Part shown: positions 38,301 through 46,835 of the stretch, in pieces
Position numbering within the stretch: position 1 is the first letter of the stretch
Layout: the number at the start of each line of letters is the position of its first letter
Source of the DNA: Deltaproteobacteria bacterium
GTDB taxonomy: Bacteria; Myxococcota_A; Polyangia; Fen-1088
DNA: 64,000 bases
Assembly: GCA_033763315.1 (NCBI GenBank)
Contig: JANRKS010000005.1
Span: 224,001 to 288,000, forward strand
Reading direction: 5' to 3'
Translations under genes and position numbers: made by a program
Notes under the pieces: generated by a model
Database searches by the model: none
Seen by the model: only the letters and a program-made list of their open reading frames with translations
What the model was told of the DNA's origin: nothing

Positions 38301-38563
38301 CCCTGCCCACCGGTGATGCCCTCGGGTGTGACCGCGGCAACGATCTGGTATGCGGTCTGTGCGGCGCCCGCGGCCTCGGACTGCAGGCGCCACGAAAAAC
38401 GCGGCGTGCTGGTGAGCCCCAACGGCGCCTTCAGCCAATTCACCTTCACGTCGACGACCCGATGCTCGGAACCCGCACCGGTGTCTTTTAACGTCGTGGT
38501 TGCGCCCCCACAGGCAATCGCCAGGGGCAACACCAACATCAATAGCTTTTGCGGGCTCGTCAT
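35348..38563 (-). CDS. Alpha-L-rhamnosidase (GH78), lipoprotein
   Basis: PRFSW, GLGYYELYING, FDVGQNIAGW, PTDCPQREKNGWTAD, ATTLWEDW, SRNHIFFG; LAIAC lipobox after ATG 38563. Confidence 0.92.
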   Translation of the reverse strand: MTSPQKLLMLVLPLAIACGGATTTLKDTGAGSEHRVVDVKVNWLKAPLGLTSTPRFSWRLQSEAAGAAQTAYQIVAAVTPEGITGGQGLLWNTGKVASHANVGVVWAGPALTSRQRVFVAVRVWNQADNLSAWSEPTSFEMGLLQGTDWTAKWITRPTDATESPLAVLQAAAWIWHPDENAKKAAPAAHRWFRNEFAMPLGAQVQKASLLVGANDSADVFVNGKKVFSVDAGDVSEAVDVTSLLHAGRNVLGADVYNKGGPAGLLASLQLVTRDGGGFAINTGDVGWQAAKQPSSGWLNVGSPAGFVAAEQVAKWDEPPFDGRPRTDAWAAPAPYFFKEFAAPEQIKSARAYISGLGYYELYINGRRVGDHVLDPGYTDYSKNVQYVVHDITRLLDPNKNAVGVILGNGFYNQHARDPVGFATAPWRDNPKLLLQIEVTTQSGNRFVVATDKTWKVTEGPVRFDGIRNGEHYDARLEKADFARVGFVDPKARDVELAATPKGPLLGQEHPPIRVLETLPSRSVKQVGPVAVFDVGQNIAGWARLHVQGTAGTKLVIRYGESLDANGRVDQSIGGWLRQGRFQTDEYIMRGGSEEIWEPRFVYHGFRYVEVQGLPGTPTTNNVEARVIHTDFESIGTLETSDALVNSIHQATRWSYIANFQGIPTDCPQREKNGWTADAHLAMDAGAFNFENTAGYLKWIRDLVSAQNSKGQLPGIVPSSGWGFNEWSGPSWELALFVVPWSLYTFNGDVLPLQLAWPAQERYLAYLRSIEKDGVVDVGLGDWVPWQTKTAVAITSTASYRWAAHLAAKTAQALRLLEAAKRYNALADHVSQGFQRAFVNASTGQVGSDEQTALAVALTHDLVPQTLRAATAARLIKSLEATDFHPDTGVIGAKAVLRALADTGHMDVAYKVASRRTAPSWGYWIDQGATTLWEDWKGKESRNHIFFGDIDAWYYEYLAGIKPDDQAPGFEHFTMAPQVPAGLDAVEAHVNTVRGTVGSQWKREGNGVRFAFAVPPSANATIVIPAEAGTTALFNNRPLASATELAVKKLPEGGWQLQVRAGRYTVITSGAN

Positions 38564-38624
38564 GGCCGCGCAGACTACAACAACCTGGCCGCAGCGTGCG
38601 CAAAGCGATGAAAGACAGCGCTTT

Positions 38625-39374
38625 TTACCGACGACCGCGCGGCGGTGGCCGCTTGCCACCCGTGTCCTTGCGGGCCGGCTCGTGGGGCGGGCGCGGGGGC
38701 CGCGGTGGCCGTAACAAACGCGTGCCGAGGTAGACAAAGTGAATGCGCCCGCCTTGCCCGGCACGAACGCGCTGCAATTCGAAACCACCCACGCCCATGC
38801 GATTCTCAAACGGTTTGTCCGGCTCTTCAGACCACACGGCGAATATGCCCTTGGGCTTGAGCGCGTTCCATGCCATCGCGATGGCCGTGGTTCCGTAAAG
38901 GGGATCGCGCGGCCCGTTCACGGCGTCGTGTGGCCCTTCGTAAAGATCAATGATGATGGCTTGGTAGTGACCGGCGGGCGCGCGCGCGATCACATGCGCA
39001 ACATCTTTGACGATCACATTCACACGACGATCGCTAAGCGCGTTGTCGCTGAGCACGGCCAACGGTCCTTGGCACCAGCTGACCACCGCTTGGTTCAGCT
39101 CCACCACGTCTACGGTGGCATCGCCGGGCAAATGATCAAGCGCCGCCCGCAAGGTGAAGCCCATGCCCAATCCACCCAACAGAACCCGCGGCTTCACAGT
39201 GCCAGCGATGGCCTCGCACGCCGCGATGGCCAACGCGTCTTCAGACCGGTGGGCCGTGCTGGTCATCAACACGCGGCCATCGATCGTGATCAAAAAGTCT
39301 TTCTCACCACGCTGACGCAGCTCCAAAGGGCCGGCGGGGGTGCCTACTTTCTCAAGGGTCTGCCACGGACGCAT
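38625..39374 (-). CDS. Spermidine synthase-like SAM-dependent transferase
   Basis: MRPWQTL...LMTS...SEDALA, VLLGGLGMGFTLRAAL, VVEL, IIIDLYEGP. Confidence 0.8.
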   Translation of the reverse strand: MRPWQTLEKVGTPAGPLELRQRGEKDFLITIDGRVLMTSTAHRSEDALAIAACEAIAGTVKPRVLLGGLGMGFTLRAALDHLPGDATVDVVELNQAVVSWCQGPLAVLSDNALSDRRVNVIVKDVAHVIARAPAGHYQAIIIDLYEGPHDAVNGPRDPLYGTTAIAMAWNALKPKGIFAVWSEEPDKPFENRMGVGGFELQRVRAGQGGRIHFVYLGTRLLRPPRPPRPPHEPARKDTGGKRPPPRGRR

Positions 39375-39531
39375 AAGGAAACCTTGATAGCACGCGGGCG
39401 CGCTGCAGGTATGCGGGAATGATGCTGGGTGGCCGGTTTGCTCACACGCACCCTTTTGTCGCCATTTGTGACGTTCGCGGTAAATGGCAAGCGCTGTTAC
39501 CCTTAGAGGGTCCATTCACAACGGAGCCGCC

Positions 39532-40671
39532 ATGGGCATGAACAACGCCGTGTTCCTTGAGGTCATCGAGTGGTTTGATTCCGCGGGCAACGAGATGGTG
39601 GCTCGCATTCCGGCCGAAGGTTCGGGCGAGATCAAGTGGGGCGCGCAATTGATCGTGCGCGAAAGTCAGAACGCCGTGTTCTTCTATGGCGGCAAAGCCA
39701 TCGCGGTGTTCGAGGCTGGCCGCCACACTCTAAAGACAGGCAACATCCCTGTTCTGAATAAGCTGTTGGCGGCGCCTTGGGGCGGCACGAGCCCGCTGCG
39801 CGCCGAAGTTTATATGGTGGGGCGCCAAGTGTTCCCCAACTTGAAATGGGGCACCCGAGAGCCGGTCGCTTACCGCGACAGCATGCTGGGCTTGGTGCGC
39901 ATCCGCGCGCACGGCGTGTTCAACGTTCAGATTGTGCAACCGTTGTTGTTCATCAATCGCTTCGTGGGCACATTGGGCTTAACCACAACCGTGCGCATCG
40001 AGGATTATTTGCGCAGCGTGATCGTGTCGCGCTTTAACGATGTGCTTGGCGAGCATCTCACCAGCTTGGTTGATCTGCCCGGCTCTTACGATGTGATTGC
40101 CACGGCACTGCAGGAACGCCTTGCGGACGACTTTACGCATTTCGGTTTGGCGTTGACGCAGCTTTATCTCACCTCTGTGTCGCCGCCCCCCGAGGTGCAG
40201 CAGGCGATCGACGAACGCAGCAAGATGCAGGCGGTAGGCGTTTCGAACCTCGATGATTTCGTGAAATTCAAGGCCGGCGTTGCCATGGAACGCGCCGCTT
40301 CGAACGCTGGTGCAGCGGGCGAGAGTCTGGGTGTGGGCATGGGCTTCATGATGCCGTCGATGATGGCGCAGGCGTTGGCAGCGCGTCCGTCCGCTCCCGT
40401 TGCGCCTCCGATCGCCGAAGCTTCGGTGCCGTGTCCTGAATGTAAACGCCCAGCATCTGTGAGCGCCCATTTTTGCAGCGGTTGTGGCCATCAACTTGTG
40501 GTGTTCGACGAATGCCTCACCTGCAAAGCCACCTTGCAACCGGGCGCGAAATTTTGCGCCCAATGTGGTCACAAGGTGGAACAATTGCCTGCGGCTCCGA
40601 AATGTAGAAGCTGCGGCTGCGAGAACTTGGCTGGGTCCGTGTTCTGCAACCAATGCGGCGAGCGTTTGTAG
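39532..40671 (+). CDS. SPFH domain protein with three C-terminal zinc ribbons (YdjI-like)
   Basis: GAQLIVRESQNAVF, GRHTLKTGNIP, KWGT; CPEC/FCSGCG, CLTC/FCAQCG, CRSC/FCNQCG. Confidence 0.88.
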   Translation: MGMNNAVFLEVIEWFDSAGNEMVARIPAEGSGEIKWGAQLIVRESQNAVFFYGGKAIAVFEAGRHTLKTGNIPVLNKLLAAPWGGTSPLRAEVYMVGRQVFPNLKWGTREPVAYRDSMLGLVRIRAHGVFNVQIVQPLLFINRFVGTLGLTTTVRIEDYLRSVIVSRFNDVLGEHLTSLVDLPGSYDVIATALQERLADDFTHFGLALTQLYLTSVSPPPEVQQAIDERSKMQAVGVSNLDDFVKFKAGVAMERAASNAGAAGESLGVGMGFMMPSMMAQALAARPSAPVAPPIAEASVPCPECKRPASVSAHFCSGCGHQLVVFDECLTCKATLQPGAKFCAQCGHKVEQLPAAPKCRSCGCENLAGSVFCNQCGERL

Positions 40672-40731
40672 GGCGCCTACATTGACTGTAACGCCACCGC
40701 TACGTTAAAACGCTGCTCGAAAGAGGGCGAT

Positions 40732-41328
40732 ATGAAGATGACGGACATGAAGCTTGTTATGTGTGTTTTGAGTTGTGTGGCGGGTGTTGGGTTCGTGGCT
40801 TGCGGCGGTAGCGATGAGAAGATGTCAACCACGGGCGGTATGGGGGGTGGCTCGGGCACCGGGACGGGTGGCACCGTTGGCGCTATGGGCGGTTCGGGGG
40901 GCGGGTCAACCGTTGCCGACCTGTCAGCCTTTGTGGGCGGCTGGCAATACGTGGCGGGCACGCAGAACCTTGTCTGCACGTCTATCGGTGTCAATGAGAC
41001 CGAACAGCTGACGGGTGACAAGTACACAATCGCCAAAGGTGTGGATGCGCCCTTGGTGTGGTCGGAGCCAGATTCAAAATGCATCTGGAAGTACAACTCC
41101 AATGGCCAGGTGATGACCCTATTGCCCACGCAGATGTGCATGGACAAATTCAGCGATGAGACGCTGGGCACCGTGGACGTTACCGTCACGCCCATCGCTT
41201 CAACAATGACTGTGACGGGTTCGACCGCCACCGTGGCTTTTTCTGCAAATTACGCTTTGAACATTGCCGGCAGCATCGTGAACTGTTCGGTCACGGCGAG
41301 CGGCAACGTTATGAAGATCTCGAACTGA
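40732..41328 (+). CDS. Hypothetical lipoprotein
   Basis: FVACGG lipobox, Gly-rich linker, beta-rich Cys-containing domain. Confidence 0.7.
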   Translation: MKMTDMKLVMCVLSCVAGVGFVACGGSDEKMSTTGGMGGGSGTGTGGTVGAMGGSGGGSTVADLSAFVGGWQYVAGTQNLVCTSIGVNETEQLTGDKYTIAKGVDAPLVWSEPDSKCIWKYNSNGQVMTLLPTQMCMDKFSDETLGTVDVTVTPIASTMTVTGSTATVAFSANYALNIAGSIVNCSVTASGNVMKISN

Positions 41329-41344
41329 TCGCTGTGAGGGGATA

Positions 41345-41375
41345 CGGCCGCGGCTTGCGTAGGCGAGCGCGGCCG
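41345..41375. terminator. GC-rich hairpin between convergent genes
   Basis: CGGCCGC-G-GCTTGC-GTAG-GCGAGC-GCGGCCG. Confidence 0.45.
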
Positions 41376-41386
41376 AGCCATTGAGC

Positions 41387-42670
41387 TCACGCCGCCCGTG
41401 CGGGCGCCGCATCTGCCATGACCATCTTGTGGATGCCGTACAACAACAGCATGGCGGCCACCATCGCGCCGGAAACCACGTAGCCAAGGATGTTGTAGTG
41501 CAGAAGCTTGCCGCTGGCGGTCTGCACCACGATGAGGCCGGCTGCGTACGAGGCGATGCCGCCGGAGATTTGTTGCACGGACGAATTTACGGACATAAAC
41601 GAGCCCCGGTTTTGCGGCGCGGGTACGGCTGACATTAAGGCCTGGGCGGAGATCATGCGGCTTGAGATGCCGATGAATAAAATGCCGTTAAGCAAGATCA
41701 CCAACCACAGCGGCGTGAGCCCCAGGTTGCAGTAGATGCACACGATGGTGATGCTGATCGTTGAGCCGATGCAGAACATCCAGAATTTGCCGATGCGATC
41801 GCTCAGGCGGCCAACGAACGGCCCCGTCAACATCGCGACGACGCCTGTGACCATGTAGACGGCCGGCAGCTGCTCCATCGAGATGCCTTGGTTGTGAACG
41901 CTAAAAGCGCTGCCAAACGGCATCAACATAAACCCACCCGTGACAAGCAGTCCCGTGGTGGCGAAGGCACGTAGATGCCGGCGGGTTGTGATCGTGTTCC
42001 ACAAATGAACGAATGGGTTGTGTTCGTTCTCATTAAGGTGCGCGTTGATGGGCTTAAGCCCGATGATGATCACCACGCCCACCACCAGCCCCACCGCCAA
42101 GATCAATAAGAAGGGCATGTGCCAACCCCATTTGTTCGATAGATAAAGCCCAAGCGGTATGCCCAGGATTTGGCTGCCCGCGAACGCCGTTTGCACATAT
42201 CCCATCACGCGGCCGCGCATCTGGAAGGGAAACATGTCAGCGATGATCGCGAAGCTGACCGAACCGATCACGCCGCCAAATACACCCGTTAACATGCGCG
42301 CCAACACCAACCTGTGATAATTCGGCGCAAGGCCGCAAAACAGCGTGCCCAACAAAAAGCCACCATAGAAGAACAGCAAAAAGCGTTTGCGATCAAATCT
42401 GTCCGCGAAGCCCGCGGCCAATAAACCAGAAGCGCCGGCGCTGAAGGCATAGACGGACACCACCAAACCAAACTGCTGGGTGCTGATGTGAAGGTCCCGC
42501 AGCAACATCGCTCCAAGCGGCGACAAGATCATGAAGTCCAAGATGATCGTGAACTGCAAGAAGGCCAAGATGGCCACCACGAAGGCCTCGTAGCGGCTGA
42601 ACTTCGGGGCCGCCGGGGGGGTGACGGCAGCGCGCGTGACCAGGCTCGGAGATTCTGCGTGCGTTGTCAT
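41387..42670 (-). CDS. MFS transporter
   Basis: Multiple TM helices; motif A FADRFDRKR; ARMLTGVFGG; GRLSDRIGK. Confidence 0.9.
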   Translation of the reverse strand: MTTHAESPSLVTRAAVTPPAAPKFSRYEAFVVAILAFLQFTIILDFMILSPLGAMLLRDLHISTQQFGLVVSVYAFSAGASGLLAAGFADRFDRKRFLLFFYGGFLLGTLFCGLAPNYHRLVLARMLTGVFGGVIGSVSFAIIADMFPFQMRGRVMGYVQTAFAGSQILGIPLGLYLSNKWGWHMPFLLILAVGLVVGVVIIIGLKPINAHLNENEHNPFVHLWNTITTRRHLRAFATTGLLVTGGFMLMPFGSAFSVHNQGISMEQLPAVYMVTGVVAMLTGPFVGRLSDRIGKFWMFCIGSTISITIVCIYCNLGLTPLWLVILLNGILFIGISSRMISAQALMSAVPAPQNRGSFMSVNSSVQQISGGIASYAAGLIVVQTASGKLLHYNILGYVVSGAMVAAMLLLYGIHKMVMADAAPARAA

Positions 42671-42749
42671 AGGAGCGCGGGTATAGCAAACCTCGATACC
42701 AATGATCTTGGGCACTTGCGTGCATGAACCGATACAAGAATCGAACCGT

Positions 42750-42775
42750 GAGCTGCTTTTTGCCCCGGCGGTGAC
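42750..42775 (+). promoter_or_regulatory. Candidate ECF promoter (GAGCT-N17-TGAC) upstream of ECF sigma gene
   Basis: TTTTGCC-N4-CGGTGAC shared with 46738-46763. Confidence 0.45.
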
Positions 42776-42792
42776 TTACAATAAAGAAGTCC

Positions 42793-43410
42793 ATGACCCA
42801 CGCCTCGCGTTTTTCGTCCGCCAAACCCGTGTCGTTCCTGGGCGGCGATGGGGAGCTTGTGGCTGGGCTCAAAGCGGCCAACCCGGCAGCGCAGCAGGCT
42901 TTTTTCGGACGCTACGCGCGGTTTGTGGAGCGCTTGCTGCTTGGCGTGTTGGGGCCCGACGCTGATCTCGGCGACGTCATGCAAGACACGTTCATGGCGG
43001 CGTTCAGACAAATTACGAATCTGCGCAGCGCGGAGGCGTTAACCGAATGGTTGCGTACGATCGCCGTGGGTGTGGCGCAAAACCGCATTCGCTCGCGCAC
43101 GCGCAACAGATGGTTGTTGTTCTTCGCACCGGAACAGTTGCCGGACGTGCCGTTGCTGCCCGCTCGCGCCGAAGCCACACAGGCGTTGCGGGCGGTTTAT
43201 GCCGTGCTTGATCAAATGCCTGCGCACGAGCGTGTGGTGTTTGCGCTGCGCCACATTGAAGACATGACGGTGCCTGAGATCGCTGCTGCGACCAAAGTTT
43301 CGGAATCAACCGTTAAGCGGCGGCTACAGCAAGCGGAACGGCTGTTCGACGATGGCAAATACAAACACCCGGCGTTGGCCGATTGGGTGGCGGGGATGGA
43401 AGCATCATGA
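42793..43410 (+). CDS. ECF RNA polymerase sigma factor
   Basis: DVMQDTFMAAF, WLRTIA (region 2); ERVVFALRHIEDMTVPEIA...STVKRRL (region 4). Confidence 0.92.
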   Translation: MTHASRFSSAKPVSFLGGDGELVAGLKAANPAAQQAFFGRYARFVERLLLGVLGPDADLGDVMQDTFMAAFRQITNLRSAEALTEWLRTIAVGVAQNRIRSRTRNRWLLFFAPEQLPDVPLLPARAEATQALRAVYAVLDQMPAHERVVFALRHIEDMTVPEIAAATKVSESTVKRRLQQAERLFDDGKYKHPALADWVAGMEAS

Positions 43411-44576
43411 CCAGTCGCTATGCGAAGTTGGGCCGCGCCGCGCGGCATGAGCTCGATGAGCTTGTTTCGCGATCGCGCGTGTCTGCTGATGTGCAAGCGC
43501 GGCTGTTTGCAACGCCGCACCCGGCGGCGCGTTGGTTGTGGCACTGGGTGGCCGCCGCGAGCCTGGGCTTGGCCGTTGCTGTGGGTGTCATCGTGTGGCT
43601 GTGGCCACCCGTTCCGTTGACCTTCACAGTGGCAGGCGAGGGCACTGGGCTTGTGGGCGCGCCGATCACTTCCGCCGATGACACCAAGCTCTTGGCGTTT
43701 TCCGAGGGCACGATGGTGTGGGTCGCGCCTCACAGCACCACGCGCGTTGAGCGTGCGCAGACCCGTGGCGCCGAGGTGGCGTTGGAAGGCGGCACGTTGC
43801 GGGCCCAAGTAAAACATAAGGGCGACACGCGCTGGCTGTTTCACGCAGGGCCCTACGAAGTGCTGGTGACGGGCACCAAGTTTGATCTGTCTTGGGATAC
43901 ACAAACAAAGAAGCTCGCCGTCGCGATGCACGAAGGGCGTGTGCTGGTGCAAGGCGGCCTTTTGAGTGTGCCGCGTGAAGTGCGCGCTGGTGAACGCTTC
44001 ATGATGGGCGGTCACTCACAGGAACCGTTGGCACCGCCGGGGGGGGCGACGCCTGCGACAGAAGCCCCAGCGCCATCCTCGGCGCGAAAGTTCAACGAGG
44101 AGCCTCTCTCAGCTGATCTCGCAGCGCGGACAACACGCAAAGGTCAGGCTCTCGCCATGCGTACCGCGGCCGCGCCTCCCGAGCTTAAGCCGGAACACGA
44201 TAAACAAAATGTGGCCGCTGCCTTGTTTGCACGCGCGGATGCCGCGCGCTTGTCTGGCAACGAGGCGCAGGCGGTGGCGTTGTTTGAAGAAGTTGCGGAA
44301 CGCTTTGCCTCCGATCGCTTGGCCGGCTTGGCGTCGTTTGCCGCCGGGCGCTTGTGGTTGGTCCGCCTTGGCGACGCCCGCGCTGCCTTGATCGATCTGC
44401 AACGCGCGCGCCGTTTAGGTTTGGGTGCTCCGTTGGATGAAGATTGCCACGCGCGCATTGTGGAAGCGCTGAGCGCTTTGCAACGTATGGACGCGTGCAA
44501 AAAGGAGCAGGCGCTTTACCTTGCGTCCTACCCGCGCGGCCCGCACGCGGGGCTTGTATCGAAAGCGTGTCGTTGA
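43407..44576 (+). CDS. FecR-domain anti-sigma-like protein with C-terminal TPR-like helices
   Basis: Single TM; LEGGTL...AGPYEVLVTGTKFDLSW...EGRV; YLASYPRGPH; ATGA coupling to sigma gene. Confidence 0.85.
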   Translation: MTSRYAKLGRAARHELDELVSRSRVSADVQARLFATPHPAARWLWHWVAAASLGLAVAVGVIVWLWPPVPLTFTVAGEGTGLVGAPITSADDTKLLAFSEGTMVWVAPHSTTRVERAQTRGAEVALEGGTLRAQVKHKGDTRWLFHAGPYEVLVTGTKFDLSWDTQTKKLAVAMHEGRVLVQGGLLSVPREVRAGERFMMGGHSQEPLAPPGGATPATEAPAPSSARKFNEEPLSADLAARTTRKGQALAMRTAAAPPELKPEHDKQNVAAALFARADAARLSGNEAQAVALFEEVAERFASDRLAGLASFAAGRLWLVRLGDARAALIDLQRARRLGLGAPLDEDCHARIVEALSALQRMDACKKEQALYLASYPRGPHAGLVSKACR

Positions 44577-45529
44577 GACAGATTTGGTTTGTGGTTCTTA
44601 TTGGTGTGTGGTTGGCAAGCGTCGGCCTGGCACGTGCTTGTGCTCCCGCGGCCCGCGGTTGGGTTTTGTTTCAGCTAAGCCCAGATTTCGATGCTGCGTT
44701 TGCTGAAGCGGCGCGCGCGCACCTCGCGGCGGAGCTTGAGCCGCGTGGGGTGGCCGTGTGCACAGAGCTGCTTTCCGATACCAGCCGCCCGCCTCTGGCT
44801 CGCGTGTTTGTGCAAGGCGCGCCCGATGGTGTCGCGGTTTTACGCATTGAAGACGACGTCACGCAAACAACAGTAGAGCGGAGGATCGATTTTTCCCACG
44901 TGCCGTCTCAAGGGCGCGCGTTGACATTTGGTCTAGCCACGGATGAGTTGCTCGGCGTGGGCTGGGCCAGTGTCGTGGCGAAACGCGCGCCGCCCGCCGA
45001 AGTTGCCAGGCCGCTGGCAACGCCCCTGCACCAAATGACGCTCGGCCTCGACGTGTCGTCGTTCACGAACGGGCCGACGCTGGCGGGGCCTGCTTTCGTG
45101 TTCTCCACGACGCGAGGGCGTTGGTCTCCCCGCCTGCGCCTCGGCGCGCGGTATGGCCCCTCGCTTGGGGCAGTGCATGGCGACGTGACCTTTCGCGAAT
45201 GGCACGCGGGTTTAGGCCTTGCGTGGTTGATCACACCCGATCGCGGGGCTTGGCAGATCGGCCCCACGATAGATGCAGAAATGTTGCGCGTGACAGTGCA
45301 GGGGCAAGCGCAAGCGGGTGCGCTGGCGGGGCGAGGGGACGCGTGGGCCGCCTTGGCCACAGCGGGGCTCATCGCGCATTGGCGCGTGAATCGCACGGTG
45401 TTTGTTTCATCGCGTGTGTGCGGCGGCTATGTGCTTGCGCCTGTGCGCGCTGCCGACGCCGGCCAAAGGGTGGGCGGCATGCAATCGTTCGTGGCGCAAG
45501 TGTTGCTGGGCATGGGGGTGGCATTTTGA
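44567..45529 (+). CDS. Hypothetical exported protein with probable C-terminal outer-membrane beta-barrel
   Basis: Signal peptide from GTG 44567; alternating amphipathic strands; terminal Phe (LGMGVAF). Confidence 0.6.
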   Translation: MSLRQIWFVVLIGVWLASVGLARACAPAARGWVLFQLSPDFDAAFAEAARAHLAAELEPRGVAVCTELLSDTSRPPLARVFVQGAPDGVAVLRIEDDVTQTTVERRIDFSHVPSQGRALTFGLATDELLGVGWASVVAKRAPPAEVARPLATPLHQMTLGLDVSSFTNGPTLAGPAFVFSTTRGRWSPRLRLGARYGPSLGAVHGDVTFREWHAGLGLAWLITPDRGAWQIGPTIDAEMLRVTVQGQAQAGALAGRGDAWAALATAGLIAHWRVNRTVFVSSRVCGGYVLAPVRAADAGQRVGGMQSFVAQVLLGMGVAF

Positions 45530-46731
45530 AATCAACCATGGGGGTTTGCGTTGGCCTTGCGCTTGTGTGCGCGTGCGACGGCATCACTTTGAATGTCCTT
45601 GATGGCCCGGGCGCCTGCGTGTCCATTGGCAACATGAACGCGCAAGCCGCGCGCAGCACCGATGAATTTGTCAATTCCATAGGGCTCAAGCCACTGGGCC
45701 TTGACTCTTCTGATCCGCGCCTGACTGAGAGCATCGCCACGTTAGGCATCCGTCACATCATCCTGAGGGAGGACTGGATGGGTGCGATCAACGCGCTTGA
45801 TCTCCGAGGCTTGGTGACGATCGAAGATCTCGCCGATGCCAGTCCTGCCCTGGCTTTCTTTGGCGCGCGCGCCGAAGCCATCACATTTCGCGACAACAAC
45901 CCCGTGATCGATGCGGCGTGGGGCGCCAACATTCGTTCGACGCAGCAACAACTCTTTGCCTCCGTTAAGGGCAACCCTGCCACGCGCGACGTGATTGTTG
46001 CAGGGCCGAACATTGGCTCGGACGCGCAAATCGCTGCTGCGGGCGATCTTTCGGCCTGGGCCGACGTAGGCACATTCTTTCCATGGCGAACGGAACTATG
46101 GCGTGCCCCACCGGGGTTACGCGCAGAAACGGACATCGCTCGCCACATACCCGTGTATGGCCAGCTTCCCCTCATCGCGCCACAAACCGGGTACGACACC
46201 GCCAGCGACAAAGGCGTGACCGAAGCAGTGCAAGCAAAGTATGTGGTGCGCATGCTGCTTGAACATTTTCGTCTCGGCGTGCCGCGCACGTTCATCGCGG
46301 ATTTGGCCGATCAGGGGCCGCCCGCGCCAGGGATGCTTTCGGAAGGCATCGGTTTGCTTCACGCGGATGGCAGCCCCAAGCCCGCGTTCGCCGCCCTGAC
46401 GCGCACCATCGCGCTGTTGGCGGATCCAGGCCCTGTGTTTGTTCCGGGCCGGTTGGCGCTGACTCTGTCGCCGGCGTCGCCCACTGTTCATCAGCTGCTG
46501 CTGCAAAAACGCAACGGCGTGTTCTACCTGTTGCTGTGGCGTGAAGTGGAAAGTGTGGATGCCGACGTAACGGAGCCCGTGGTGGTGAATTTGCCTACGC
46601 CTGCCAAAACTTTGACGTTGTTTTCGCCGCTTTACGGGGCCGCGCCGCTCGCTCAAGGCCAGGGCCACACTTTTGTTCTGGATGTGCCCGATTCGCTGGC
46701 TGTACTGGTGATTGAAAGCGCTTGCCGTTAG
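45526..46731 (+). CDS. Lipoprotein with glycoside hydrolase (clan GH-A)-like barrel, catalytic residues apparently degenerate
   Basis: TTGA coupling to upstream gene; LVCAC lipobox; ARSTDEFVNSIG, QTGY, VQAKY, GLLHADGSPKPAF, LLLQKRNGVFYLLLW. Confidence 0.65.
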   Translation: MKSTMGVCVGLALVCACDGITLNVLDGPGACVSIGNMNAQAARSTDEFVNSIGLKPLGLDSSDPRLTESIATLGIRHIILREDWMGAINALDLRGLVTIEDLADASPALAFFGARAEAITFRDNNPVIDAAWGANIRSTQQQLFASVKGNPATRDVIVAGPNIGSDAQIAAAGDLSAWADVGTFFPWRTELWRAPPGLRAETDIARHIPVYGQLPLIAPQTGYDTASDKGVTEAVQAKYVVRMLLEHFRLGVPRTFIADLADQGPPAPGMLSEGIGLLHADGSPKPAFAALTRTIALLADPGPVFVPGRLALTLSPASPTVHQLLLQKRNGVFYLLLWREVESVDADVTEPVVVNLPTPAKTLTLFSPLYGAAPLAQGQGHTFVLDVPDSLAVLVIESACR

Positions 46732-46737
46732 CCGCGT

Positions 46738-46763
46738 GGACCGGTTTTGCCGGCACCGGTGAC
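46738..46763 (+). promoter_or_regulatory. Candidate ECF promoter (GGACC-N17-TGAC) upstream of DUF1592/DUF1552 pair
   Basis: TTTTGCC-N5-CGGTGAC, similar to 42750-42775. Confidence 0.45.
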
Positions 46764-46835
46764 CTTAAGTCTGTACCATTAAAAGTTCCCGATTCGTCGG
46801 GAGGTGCGTCCGCTGTTGGTTCGCAAGGAGCACGA

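Noticed and set aside
38564-38809. N-terminal extension of the GH78 ORF
   Set aside because: Overlaps the neighbouring gene; signal peptide and lipobox start at ATG 38563
45121-45525. N-terminal 135 aa of the 536-aa ORF, suggesting a long gene overlap or frameshift
   Set aside because: Overlaps the upstream beta-barrel gene; a lipoprotein signal begins at TTG 45526/ATG 45538 with normal TTGA coupling
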